From: a virus
Reading direction: 5' to 3' (one strand)
Length of the DNA: 64,000 nucleotides
IMG/VR virus record: IMGVR_UViG_3300021438_000010
Span: 34,622-98,621 of that record
Numbering within the stretch: position 1 is the stretch's first letter; every line of letters starts with the position of its first letter. The notes under the pieces were generated by a model. It worked only from the letters and a program-made list of their open reading frames with translations. It was not told the DNA's origin and ran no database searches. Both the position numbers and the translations under genes were made by a program. Shown in pieces: positions 40,775-52,514 of this stretch.

Positions 40775-42546
40775 TACCAGCCTTTTTTATTAAAATAAGG
40801 TTTCCAATAGCAGCATCTAGATAATCCTGCCAAGAATCTCCTTGTTTAAGTGTAAAATATCCCATATTATTGTAAACCCTTTTCAATAGCATCCCACTGA
40901 CGAGTATCATTATCATTCCACATTATATCTTTGTATTTAAATGGTGGCTCAGTGTTAGGCCAGTATTTCTTTGGATCTATTTCAACATCCTTAAAACGAG
41001 ACTGACTGTATTTTAATTGTTCAATTTGAGCAACTAATTCTTTGACTACTCTTTCAAGATTAAGTAATGAATCTAATACAACATCAATCTTTTGCTGTCG
41101 TTTAGGCTTAGTTGTTTTCTTTTTCTTCTTCATTTTTTAAGAATCCTTCGTTTATTTTAACTCTTATACCATCAGTATGAAATATGCTAAAGTCGCTTTG
41201 GTATAAAGGAAGATGAACTCCAATAACCTTATTGCTTTTGTGACATCTTAGTAAACTAATATCAGCCCCTTCTCCCGATATCCACTCATTATAAGTGGCA
41301 GCAGCACTATCTAACAATAACTCTATTCTTTCATTTTCTTTATCTATCCATATACTAGCACATGCTTTATATTTTTTGCTTTCTTCTACGAAAGCGTCCC
41401 AATCAAAATTATCCATAGTGTTTGCCTTTTTTGTATTGAAAACATCCCAATTATCTGACGTTGAATCTCTAAATACGAGAAACAGAGGTCAAGGATGTTA
41501 CCTAACGGAGATCAACCCGTTGGTGACTGTTAATTCAGTTCTTCTCCAGTATTATAGTCAAGTACAGGCTTTTTACAAGCCTCCAACATTCTCTCAAGAT
41601 TCCATTGTAGTCCCTCAACAGTATCAGATAGTGGGAGAGATATTCTGCCTATGCTTGGATCTTCCAAGTTTTTATCATAGTATACATCATGAATTTCATA
41701 AGTAATATCCGTTTCCCCAAGAGGAATCTTGGTTACTTTTTTAACGACGCGATAATTCCAAGCCATTATTCTATCTCCGTAATACTTAAATATAATTCGG
41801 TTGTAAGAATCTCAATAGACAATACTTCTTCTATAGAAAAGTCATCTTTTAGATATTGTGAAAACTCTGTAATATCTCCAACATGAGTTGGTGAACCTAT
41901 ATCGTTAGTATTTTTCCAGAACTTTAGTTGTTGTTCAAGAAATTCTATAACTTTAATTTGCTTAGGTGAGGGTTTCATTTTTAGAATCCTTGGATTGTTG
42001 AGAAAAAAAGACTATATAAAGATTTGCGAGATCATCAAGAGAATAATTCTTATTATGTGGTATTCCCGAATTTCTCTTATCTATCATGGTTTTGTGCATA
42101 AGTAATATGGAGTCAAGAATCATTTCATAAAAATATTTCTTCAAATTTTCTTGATCTACATCAATCGCTTTGAGTGCTGACTGAATTTTATCGTGGTTTA
42201 TAGTCATTTATTTTTCCTTTTTAAATTTTTAGATACCATCTATCCAACAATAAGACAATAATAATAAATATAATAATATATATCATATTATCTTTCTTTT
42301 TTCTTAATTGAACTATTATGCAGATTCACCACATATTCCGCTGTCTCTTTATCTATACTACCATCTGGAATAATATACTCAAACTCATCCACTCTTTCAG
42401 TTTCGCCCACCTTATTTTTATAGAGTATTTTTTCAGTTGGAAGAATAATTCTACACCAACAACTTTCGCCAGTATTACAGAGTTCTATTTTCCAAGGAAT
42501 AGTTAAACTATACCTATGGGCTTCTTCATAACTATTGAATATATTT

Positions 42547-42750
42547 TCAGACATTGGTAATTGTTATTTGTATGCTATCAAACACATGATTATCCATACT
42601 ATCATACATACCGCTTCGTATAGGTTTATTTACTACTCTAAATTTAAAGTAGTATTCTCCATCGCCATATTCTTTACAAAGATATTGGTATAAAATATTT
42701 CTAACATCATCTTCTGATAGATCAATCTCTGTTTTATTTTGTATTTTCAT
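42547..42750 (-). CDS. hypothetical protein, paralog of 38453..38674
   Basis: Shared motifs listed for the paralog. Confidence 0.6.
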   Translation of the reverse strand: MKIQNKTEIDLSEDDVRNILYQYLCKEYGDGEYYFKFRVVNKPIRSGMYDSMDNHVFDSIQITITNV

Positions 42751-43281
42751 ATCATTCTTTCTACCTTTCCAGTAGGCCCATTAATGATTTCCAATATTGC
42801 TCTCATGCTCATATCAATATGATAGCATAACTCAGCAAATTCACTATTGTGATAATCTGCCTTGGAAGCAATTTCTTGTACATCTATAACGATAGTTTTA
42901 ATATTGTTTATATCTTGTTGTGTCAAATTCATTTCCACTCATTCCTATAGATACCGGGATTTAATCTTGGTTCATAAGGTTTAACAATCCATCCCATCAT
43001 CATTAAATCTAATTTAATCTCGTCTGTAACAATTCCCTCGTTTCCAGAGCAATACCAATCCATGTAGTTGCCACTTTTTATTATATCAGCAACTATACCG
43101 CCAGCCATTCTCCAAGAACAAGTCCACTCTTTATCTCCATAAAAGAATCTGTTATTGCATAATGCCCCGTATAAATCTTTACAATATACTGGACTGTTAA
43201 CACATTTAGCCACCATACGTTCATTGTTAAAAAGATCGTATTCTAAATCTGGTTTGTCAAAAGTTTCTTTTATTACATCCT

Positions 43282-44013
43282 CTAGGACCATAAACAATCT
43301 CTTATTTTAATTAGTTCAATGAGTTTTTCTGTGTCTTCTTTATCGTACTTGTCTTCCATCTCGGCAATCTTTCGATAATAATACTTACCATCTTTTTCTT
43401 TAGTAAATAGATTGTAAGGATTTTGCCTGTAACTTCTATCTAGCCACCAATTATAAAGTTCTAGAATTTTCTGAGAGGATATAGCATGAGGCATCGGTTT
43501 GCCGTAATCTTCATCATCTGGATTAAATCCGCAGTTCTCGTCTAATTTCAATTGAACCGCCCAGTTTAGGTAATCCAACCCAGCCTGCTTGCATCTTCCT
43601 TTAACAAACTTATAGTTTCTATCTTCATAACACTTATTTAGGTGTGCTAATTCTTTTTCAACATAAAGAACAAGTTCATTAAAAATTCCATGAAGAATTC
43701 TATAATCAAGATCGTAATATTTTCCCGGTTTCAGTCCAGTTTGAAGATAATGAAGTTTGTCAACAAATCTATTTCGAATATAAATCTTAATTGTATACCA
43801 AATGTCAAATGGTAAATTAACAATATCTTGCAATCTGTCTAACAATTCTTCTGCAATCCAGTATCGAAACTTATTACTATTCTTTGTTGTTTGATTCCAC
43901 TCTTCCCACTCATCCAGAGCTAATACATATGGTTTATCAACTCCTCTGAGCCAATTAGCAAAAGACGAACAACTCCAGCGATTGAATCGGGTCTGTTTCA
44001 TGATTTTAAACAT
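43282..44013 (-). CDS. hypothetical phage protein
   Basis: 243-aa ORF ending L.ELYNWW...LIELIKIRDCLWS. Confidence 0.6.
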   Translation of the reverse strand: MFKIMKQTRFNRWSCSSFANWLRGVDKPYVLALDEWEEWNQTTKNSNKFRYWIAEELLDRLQDIVNLPFDIWYTIKIYIRNRFVDKLHYLQTGLKPGKYYDLDYRILHGIFNELVLYVEKELAHLNKCYEDRNYKFVKGRCKQAGLDYLNWAVQLKLDENCGFNPDDEDYGKPMPHAISSQKILELYNWWLDRSYRQNPYNLFTKEKDGKYYYRKIAEMEDKYDKEDTEKLIELIKIRDCLWS

Positions 44014-44709
44014 TGTTATTCCTTAAACTTAACCATAAGATATGTTCCGGTAAATGCTCCAGACGCTAGTGGGATCAAATAGTAGATGTTCTTACTGTAT
44101 GATACCACACCAAAGGCTAGCAGACTGTAAATTATAGCAGTCAGAACTGCTGCTGTAAAGGCCCGCTTTTTGTTTACGCTCATAATATACCAAGCATATA
44201 ACATATCTATAATAACGTAAGTAGCAAAGATTGTTGCCGCTGTTATGTATGAAAATTCATCCATTATAAATACTCCGTTCCATTAAGAGGGTCATGGTCA
44301 TAGGGGTAATTAAATGGCCCCAAAACTTTTCGTCGCTTCTCTTTGAGAAAAGTTAATACTTCACTGAAACAATTTTCACAAAGTTCAATACTATATTTAG
44401 TTCCATCTTGCTCAGAAAAATATCCCCATGTCGCTTCAATTGTAGCATATTCATGATCGAATGATGGTTCAATAGTAGGAACTTCTTTGGTGCATGATTG
44501 TCCACAACAATCGCATAAAACTTGGTCAACAACTTTAATTGTTTTCTTCTTGAAGGTTCTCATTATAATTTAGTATATTGTATAAGTCTTTGAATTCAAC
44601 TTCATCAAGCCTTAGTTCGCGGGGATAATGATTATTGTAACTAAATACTCTAATCAAATAAGGTTTCTTTTTAAGATGGGGGTTGTGATGAATGTCAATA
44701 ACTTGATGC

Positions 44710-45177
44710 TCAAACATTATTGTTTGTAGTTTGGTCATAGGTTTTATTTCTGCACTTATCGCACAGCGTAACTATCCAACCTTTATCGTTAGCTTTTCCT
44801 CGTTCTCCGCAAGCCTCGCAAATCTTATAACTCATGGCATTAGCCATACCAACCAAACCACTAATGTAACTATCTCCACCAGAATAGTAAACCCTAAGTC
44901 CACCAAACTTTTCTTTAACTTGGTCAAATTTGAAAGGAACATAGTTGCTCTTGTATTCTGGATCACTTTTCTGTTTGTATTCTGTATTCCAAACTATATT
45001 TTCCTCATGCTGACTAATCATCCAACAAAGAGAGGATAAAATATCATACCAACCAAGACTGCACTCGCACCCCCAACTCATGCACGATTCCATTGGGGAT
45101 TTGTGTCGATTACTAAACATATATGGATACTGCTCATAAAGAGTATCCCAAGACTTTACTTCTTCTTTGTCGCTCAT
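44710..45177 (-). CDS. conserved phage hypothetical protein
   Basis: QVKEKFGGLRVY...ICEACG...GWIVTLCDKC. Confidence 0.65.
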   Translation of the reverse strand: MSDKEEVKSWDTLYEQYPYMFSNRHKSPMESCMSWGCECSLGWYDILSSLCWMISQHEENIVWNTEYKQKSDPEYKSNYVPFKFDQVKEKFGGLRVYYSGGDSYISGLVGMANAMSYKICEACGERGKANDKGWIVTLCDKCRNKTYDQTTNNNV

Positions 45178-46694
45178 TATAGATTCTCTATGTTCTTTTC
45201 AATAGTATTTGAAATAGTCTTAAATGTTTTACCAAAATCATTCATATCAGCAAGAGAGTTATAAAACAAATGATTATCAAGTTTTCCATCCTTACTTTTC
45301 ATGCCTGCCCATTTTCTCACAGATATTGGAAGAAAATCTTCTTTTCCACCAAATTTCACACATCCATTACTAAACAAACCATCATCAAAAGTTTTAGTTG
45401 TTATAGTTTTCTTGTGATTCTTCTTCATTGAATCATTGTACAATTCACAAAGAACACCCAAGCAACAATGTCTTGGCTGATTTTTGGTATCATATTGTTT
45501 TAGGAAATTCTGGCCTTGTTTATATTTTCCACTTCTAAGAGCGTTAATCCATTTTTTAGCAATTTCTTTTTTCACGTTCAGACCTTTACCTTATAATACT
45601 TTTCACAACGCTGAATAAATCGTGGCAGCATCTTACGAAGATGGTGCGGAATACCCTTAAGACAATGAAAAGTCTCAGTATATGCACGACCAATAGCGAT
45701 CTTCAATCCAAGCTTCTTATTAAACCTGTCGCCCTTGCGACACTGAGCATATCCAATATTAAACTCACCATTGTCGCCCGTCTTAATAGCAACTAGAACT
45801 CCACGGGGAGTATTATCCTTATCACGACTATAAGTAATCAACGTATACTGCGGAACATCAACTTCGTTCATTTATAGTTCTCCTTGTTTAGTTATGACTC
45901 ACAACATTGTTATACAACTGTCATCGGCACTTGTCAAGAGCAACCTTTAGAAATTTCATCTTCATCCAGAATTCCCTCAATAATATCTAATACTCTTTCA
46001 ATCTGATCTACCGAAAAAGGAAATCCATAATAGTTTGTTTTGTCATCCTAAACTTCAAATTGATAAACAACTAATGCTTCACTAATAAGAAGCAAATCAT
46101 TTCGTTCAATATCAAGTTTCATTTTATCCATATTTCTTTTTTAATCTTTCGTACTCTTTAAGTTCTCTGTCTTTTGCCGAGTTTTTTAATTGTTCCTTAA
46201 CAATTTTTTCTTTTTGTATTTTTTTGATTCTCTTATCATATTCTTTATCATTTTCGTATCTTTTAAGAATAACATCCAAACTGCCTTCATCGTAACAAGA
46301 ATGATAATCTACATAAATTTCTTCATTTTCTCGCAAAGGATACTTGGAATGATAAAAATCTTTACACGCCTTTAGGCTTTTTATAACTTCATCAAAAGAT
46401 CCAGATAGATCAGACCAAAAATCAAGTTCACCAATTTTTTCTGTAATCATCAATTTTTTAGGTTTCATCGTTTTTCTCCCCAACTATTTACCCACCTTGT
46501 TCCATCAAAATACTTGGCGTGTTTCCAACTCTCGCCCTCATTAGGGTCAAATCCTGTTAGTTGATAATAAAACTTAAACAATCGTTCAATACTCTCACCA
46601 ATTTTATGCCACAATTCACTATCAATATTTAGAGTATCTCTATAATCTTGCATACAAGAAATAGCGATCATAATATCTTCAGCAAGAGTTGGTT

Positions 46695-46844
46695 TCATTT
46701 CTTTTCCCCAATAGTTTCCTCTAATAGACTAATGGCCGTTTCCAAAAACAAATCATAATCGGCCATTGTCATAAACTCATCATCAACTGTATTATCCCAA
46801 CTAACAATAAAGTTTCGGATTCTGTCCTTGAGTTCGTTAGTCAT
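46695..46844 (-). CDS. 49-aa protein (not in ORF track), paralog of 59964..60110
   Basis: MTNELKDRIRNFIVSWDNTVDDEFMTMADYDLFLETAISLLEETIGEKK. Confidence 0.7.
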   Translation of the reverse strand: MTNELKDRIRNFIVSWDNTVDDEFMTMADYDLFLETAISLLEETIGEKK

Positions 46845-47146
46845 TAGTTATTCTCCAATTTTTTAAGACATTCACTATCCTCAATCATTACTAATTTTGC
46901 AATATCTAGTTGGTGATATTTATTCAAAACCCAATTAGCACCAGCAATAAAAGAAGCAAAATTATCTCCTGCTTCATTAGTATTATTTGAAAATTTATGT
47001 CCGTTTTCTTCAAACACATATTCTGTTGCCGCATTAACTAATTCAGATTTAAATATATTAGTGAGTTCGTTAGTCATTTCTTTTCCCCAATAGTCTTATA
47101 GGAAATCCGGCCAACCAGTAATGATTGGCCAGACTCCTAAAAGTTA

Positions 47147-47341
47147 TCAACGACACTTACGGTTACTGCGAACAGTCTTTACCGCACGGGCCGGTGCGGT
47201 CACAATACGCTTGGTTACGCTTACGACTGCTGCTCCAGCCTTCCTAACTGGACCAACGCTACATGAGCCGCCAACGCAATCAGCACTGGCTAGTGTAGCA
47301 GAAAAAACCGCGATTGCAACTGCACAAATTACATTCTTCAT
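47147..47341 (-). CDS. small secreted Cys/basic peptide
   Basis: Signal peptide ending ASA, then DCVGGSCSVGPVRK; AAGGAG RBS. Confidence 0.65.
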   Translation of the reverse strand: MKNVICAVAIAVFSATLASADCVGGSCSVGPVRKAGAAVVSVTKRIVTAPARAVKTVRSNRKCR

Positions 47342-48488
47342 AAATTCTCCTTAATTATAGAAATTAAAATCAATCATAACTTAACGAAAAGATCACCTTT
47401 GGGTTTGATCCAAGGGCTAATTTTCGACAACTTTACCATTTTATTGATTCGCCCTCTATGATCTTTGTGGCGACCAATGATATGGATTTCTCCCTCAATA
47501 TCCTTTTGAGTCCAATTATAGTTATTGATGATGCTTTCTGGATCTACATGATCATCACCATAGATTTCACCTTGAACATGAAACTTTAACACTTTGTCAA
47601 ATATCTTAGCCATGATACACCTCTCTTTGTGAATAATTAAACAACTGATTTAGCTTTGCGGGAAAATTCTGCTCCTTTTCCCACTACAGATTCTACAATA
47701 TGATCTTCTAAAACTTCTGGACAGTATTTATTGATTTCTGCTTGTAGAGTATCAATTGGATAATTGATTTTCTCCTTAAAGAAGTAATCTTTAAATTCTT
47801 CCAAAACTTCTAGAGTATCCATTCTGCTGGTAATATAATCTGTATACCTTCTAACTACATAAGCCTTATTATCTTCGGTAATTGTCATTATCCGTTTCAT
47901 AATTAGTGCCTCCCCTTAGTTAGAGTTGCTGGACTTTTCATGTCCTCCCAATTATCCACAAGTACATCCGGTGCTTCGTGTTTGATTTCTGCTTCTAATG
48001 CTGCATCTGATTCTTTATCTTTCTCAGTCTCTAGATAGTCTCTAAGCCTATCTTTAATCTCCATGAAATCCAAAGAACCTAAGATATGGTCGATATACTT
48101 ACGTTGTATTTCGACTCTGTTCTTCTCTGTTAAAACACGATTTCTCATAAATCACCTCATAGAAAAAGTTATTGAACATCTTTCTATGATTCCTTTGTTC
48201 TCCGTAGTTCCACCACGGCTAACTCTGGCTTCGTAGCAGATCAGCAGTTTCCTGCCGCATCTAAACTATTATAGCCCATTGTCCTAACAGCACACACTGA
48301 TTTTTTCTATTCTAGTTGACCCTTATATTCTAATTTAGGGATCATATAGTCATCATCTTGTGTTATTTTTACAATCTCAATTTTCATTATGCAATCTGTA
48401 ATATCGCCATATTTTGACAGCATATTTTGTATACTGTTTAACAATTTATTAGGATCAATATTTTTATTTAGTCTAACGTAAATCATAG

Positions 48489-48560
48489 TAGCCCCAAGAG
48501 GAATCGAACCTCTAACTAGACTTTAGAAGAGTCCTGTTATCTCCATTTAACTATGGGGCC
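48489..48560 (-). tRNA. tRNA-Arg(TCT)
   Basis: GGCCCCA/TGGGGCT acceptor; GGACT-CTTCTAA-AGTCT anticodon arm; GTTCGATTC; promoter TTGACA-17-TATAAT at 48593-48621. Confidence 0.92.
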
Positions 48561-48631
48561 AAATTAAAACTTAAAACGTTTTGGTGTATTGTATTATAGC
48601 GTCTACCTTATGGAATGTCAAGGAGTTAATC

Positions 48632-49090
48632 GTGAATCTCAAACATCATTATACAAAAGAAGTATTATCAAAAATTTGTGCGGAATCTTATAGTTATAGA
48701 CAATGTTTAGAAAAAATGAATATAGTCCCAGCAGGGGGTAACTATGCTTGTCTTAAAAAACATATTGAATTGCATAATATTGACATCTCTCATTTTACAT
48801 TACAAGGATGGAATAAAGGAAAAAAATTTGGTCCAAAACGCCCAATAAAAGATTATCTTTCTAATAAAGCTGGAATACAGAGTTGGAAACTGAAACGTAG
48901 GCTCATAAAAGAAAATATTCTTGAACATAAATGCAATAATTGTAAACAAAAAACTTGGTTTAATCAACTTATTCCAATTGAATTACATCATAAAGATGGT
49001 AATCATTTGAATAATGAACTGTCAAATTTAGAGTTATTGTGTCCTAATTGTCATGCTTTAACTGATAACTATCGTGCTAAAAATAAATAG
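48632..49090 (+). CDS. free-standing HNH endonuclease
   Basis: CNNC, IELHHKDGNHLNN.LSNLELLCPNCH; GTG start after AGGAG. Confidence 0.88.
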   Translation: MNLKHHYTKEVLSKICAESYSYRQCLEKMNIVPAGGNYACLKKHIELHNIDISHFTLQGWNKGKKFGPKRPIKDYLSNKAGIQSWKLKRRLIKENILEHKCNNCKQKTWFNQLIPIELHHKDGNHLNNELSNLELLCPNCHALTDNYRAKNK

Positions 49091-49356
49091 GAGTAGTCGG
49101 ATTCGAACCGACACTTTAAGGATTTTCTTACTACTATAGTTTTCACTACCATTTCTGTTTGTAGTCTGGACTTTATCTTAACCATAACTTTCGTTTTAGG
49201 TTCCTGCCATCAAGTCTCTACACCTTCCTATTTCTAGGCTTGGCTCGGTATTAGCAGTTAAGCCTTCACCGAATTTGACAGGTTCTACATTAAAAGTTTC
49301 CTTTTATGCACTCAAATTGTATAAGTCCTTTGCCTCTGCCGTTGGGCTATACTCCC
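49088..49356 (-). tRNA. tRNA-Leu(TAA), split by a group I intron (exons 49356-49323 and 49126-49088)
   Basis: Spliced 73-nt cloverleaf: GGGAGTA/TACTCCT acceptor, AAGGA-CTT^AAAA-TCCTT anticodon arm; promoter TTGACA-17-TATGAT at 49371-49399. Confidence 0.9.
49127..49322 (-). mobile_element. group I intron (IC3-like), 196 nt, no ORF
   Basis: Inserted after U34; ends in G; P AAATTCGGTGAA, Q AATACCGAGCCAAGC, R GTAGAGACTTGATGG, S AAGATAAAGTCC; P1 ACTT/GAGT with U:G pair. Confidence 0.9.
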
Positions 49357-51541
49357 GTGTTCACTTCTTCATCATACCACTATCATCGTCCTCTGTCAAG
49401 CAACTTCTTTAGCTCTTCTTTATTTGTGTAAAGTGGTACGGATTGTGTCTCAAAGGGATTAAAATGAAGAGTCATGTTATAATAATCACCTCTACTATTA
49501 ACTTTAACCCATCCCATAGATTGGTATTGAGATAATTTATTTTCAAGGTCTTCGATCTTCTTATGCAAAGAGCGAAGTTCATGTCTTGCATTATTTAATA
49601 CAGTTGGATTATGTTGAACGAAGTATTCATCTCCGTCAATGTGTTCCAAAATATATTCTATGGGATGTGAAAAAGCTTTACTCATTACTGGCAATTCCTC
49701 TTGCAGCAAGATTTAATTCCATTGAAATCCAAGTCAATAGATGGATTGGTATCCTCAGAGTGTGAATACTTAGCCCATGTATTATTAAACTCTTCCTTAT
49801 CAATATCAGCATACTGATCAAGCTTAAATACTTGAATAAATGTATCAAACAATTCTGCAATTCTTCCTTCGTGCAATGTTCTAATACCAAAAAGGGTACT
49901 AGCAATATCATCACGATCCAAACCATTAAGCACCATAGTTGACAGAGTGTTTATTTCTTCAACAGTTGACTGTAGTGCGGTAATCTTATCCTCAAGGTCA
50001 AAACGGTCCATTATGATATCCTCTTTCTATTTCTTGTATTAAAGTCTCATAAAGTAAATCTGTCAAATCGTCTTTTTTTATTAACTGCGGGTAATGCATT
50101 CTAATAGTCTCAGAATAATCATTGTCAAGCACATATTTAGTTGGTGGACTGTAATCAACAGTCGGTATTGTGGAACTAATGATTATTAGTGAGCCTAGTT
50201 TGATCATGTATAACGCCTAGAATACTCGCCCTGTATGTCGCTAATAAAGTCAGGATTGTCAGTAGCATCTGGCCCAAGAATATATTCACTTGGAACATGC
50301 TTATAAACTCCCTTTTGCTTTGCTTCCTCCCAATCAAGGCAACCATATCTACTCCAATAGAGATACTTGAAACCCTCATAACTCTTAGTTTCCATAAGCA
50401 TCTTCTCTACAAGTATGCAAAGCTTTTGCTTTGTTGACTGAGGAATTCTTGTAGAAAGCATATCATTAACAGTGTTCTTAATATGCTCAAGAAACTCTAC
50501 AGATACTTGCTTCCTTTTCTTGTTTGCAATTTTCATTTTATTCCTCCAAATGAGATGAATTAATCGTTATACTGGGAAACCATTCGCCTTCATTGACCTT
50601 AAATTCATCAATATCCGCCTCGTATTCTGTTCCATCTACGAAATCGTAAACATAAGCAACATCCCCATGAATGTTAGGGTGCTTATCAATATATTCTTTC
50701 AATTCGCCCCAAGTCATGATATTATTCCTCTGTGTTGTTGATTGCTAAATACGGAATCCAACCATCTTGCAGTAATTCTGTTATTTCTGCTTCGTGTTCT
50801 TTTCCATCTTCGTAATCATATATTTTAACTTCTTCGTCTAACGTTTCGGTATCTTGATCTGCTATAAACTTCATTAGTTCTCGCCAAGTCATCGTAACTC
50901 CTTTGCGATTGAACGTATTGTACAGTATCGTCTTATCCTTGTCAAGAACTTGAACTTTCTAATTCTTCAAGCTCAACCCTAGATTTAATACTATTATGCC
51001 TATTAGGATCGGCTAGTCCACTGTTAATACGGTTCTGCTTTGTGATATAAAATCCACGATCATCCTTGCAAACTACTTCGTCTGCACCTACTGAAATAGG
51101 TTTATATTTTGACATGTCAACGATCATACTAGAATCGCTGCCATATGGTGTTTTGGTTGTAACGATAGTGCCAGATTCGTGCTGGCGTGGTTTAAATAAT
51201 TTTCTTGCCATGTTCTTGGTCATCCTTTTTTGAAAATGTCATACAATTTAATTCACTATCCCAATATGTATCAATTATGTCATTAGATGCCATTTTTGAC
51301 AAACTAACGCCCAATACCCAATCATGAACTTCAGTAAATATTCTTTGAAGTAGTTTTGTATTTATTAGGTATCTTTCTTCTTTTTCAATAGCAAATTGTT
51401 TAATAATAGAGACTATCTCTTTTGGTTTTATATAATTACTCAAGTCCTCAATTGGAATGCCTCTGTTTTTAGCAACATCTTTGCCTATATACTTTGCTGT
51501 TCTTTTTAAATTCTTAATAGCAACTAATGGATCTTTTTTCA

Positions 51542-52456
51542 TCATACACCTATTAAGTTGTTAGAGTAGCGGGATATAGCGTGATCTTTCATCTTAAGCT
51601 CAAAGTCAAGGTCAAAATCTAGACCGTAAGTATTAAATGTATTATTTGCATAGTCAGAATGCGCCCTAGGATTGTTGCCGGGGCGACTCTCACTGTAGTG
51701 GAAGAGTGGTCTATAACCTCCCCACGTTGCATGGCAAGCCCGTATAGCCTCTTCCTCAGTCAGACCGTCTGGATGACAGGCATGGTGCAAATAGTCGAAA
51801 GTGATTGGTATATTGGTGGCTGGATGGAATATCTCAGTAAGCTCTTTGACACTCCAACAATTTACTTTATCGTCGTTTTCGATAACCAATCTGCTACGAC
51901 AATTGGGATCAAGAAGATTGAAACTGTTAACAAATCTAGCAATAATAGATTCATGATTACCATCTTTATTATGTATGTGTAAATTCATTGGAGATCGGTA
52001 GTCGGCTGGACAACCAATACGGTCCATGAATGAAGAGTAGAAATTAAGTTCTGTGATTGTCTTTTCGACTGCTTTAGTATTGGTTGAAGCGAGGACATTA
52101 AACTCGCTAGGATGACAAGAAATACGAACATTTGTAGAGGCAATAGTTTCCTCTAGAATATCAAAACTGTCTTCAATGTCATCATAATTAGGCAAATCTT
52201 CTAACTCAATGTTAGCTTCATCATATGTTATAAGAGGAAAAAGATCACTACTAATACGGTAAGTAAAGTCATGTCTATGGCAATGCTTAATAATCTCATT
52301 GGTCGCCCACATATTATTAAGTATACGTTCGCCCAGTATTGACAGTGCTTCGTCCCTAGGCAGGCTAGAGAATCGCTTAAACGTCATGGTTTGGAACTTA
52401 ACTGGTTCGTCAAGTTCTTGTAATTGTAGTGATATACAGCAAAGGCCAAACTTCAT
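51542..52456 (-). CDS. uvsE: UV-damage endonuclease
   Basis: YRISSDLFP, RISCHP, LVIENDD, FDYLHH, FHYSES, AHSD, ELKMKD; promoter at 52491-52518. Confidence 0.9.
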   Translation of the reverse strand: MKFGLCCISLQLQELDEPVKFQTMTFKRFSSLPRDEALSILGERILNNMWATNEIIKHCHRHDFTYRISSDLFPLITYDEANIELEDLPNYDDIEDSFDILEETIASTNVRISCHPSEFNVLASTNTKAVEKTITELNFYSSFMDRIGCPADYRSPMNLHIHNKDGNHESIIARFVNSFNLLDPNCRSRLVIENDDKVNCWSVKELTEIFHPATNIPITFDYLHHACHPDGLTEEEAIRACHATWGGYRPLFHYSESRPGNNPRAHSDYANNTFNTYGLDFDLDFELKMKDHAISRYSNNLIGV

Positions 52457-52514
52457 ATTATATACTCATAGGGTGTGATGTGTCTACCCTATTATACTTC
52501 GACCAGAGGCATTG

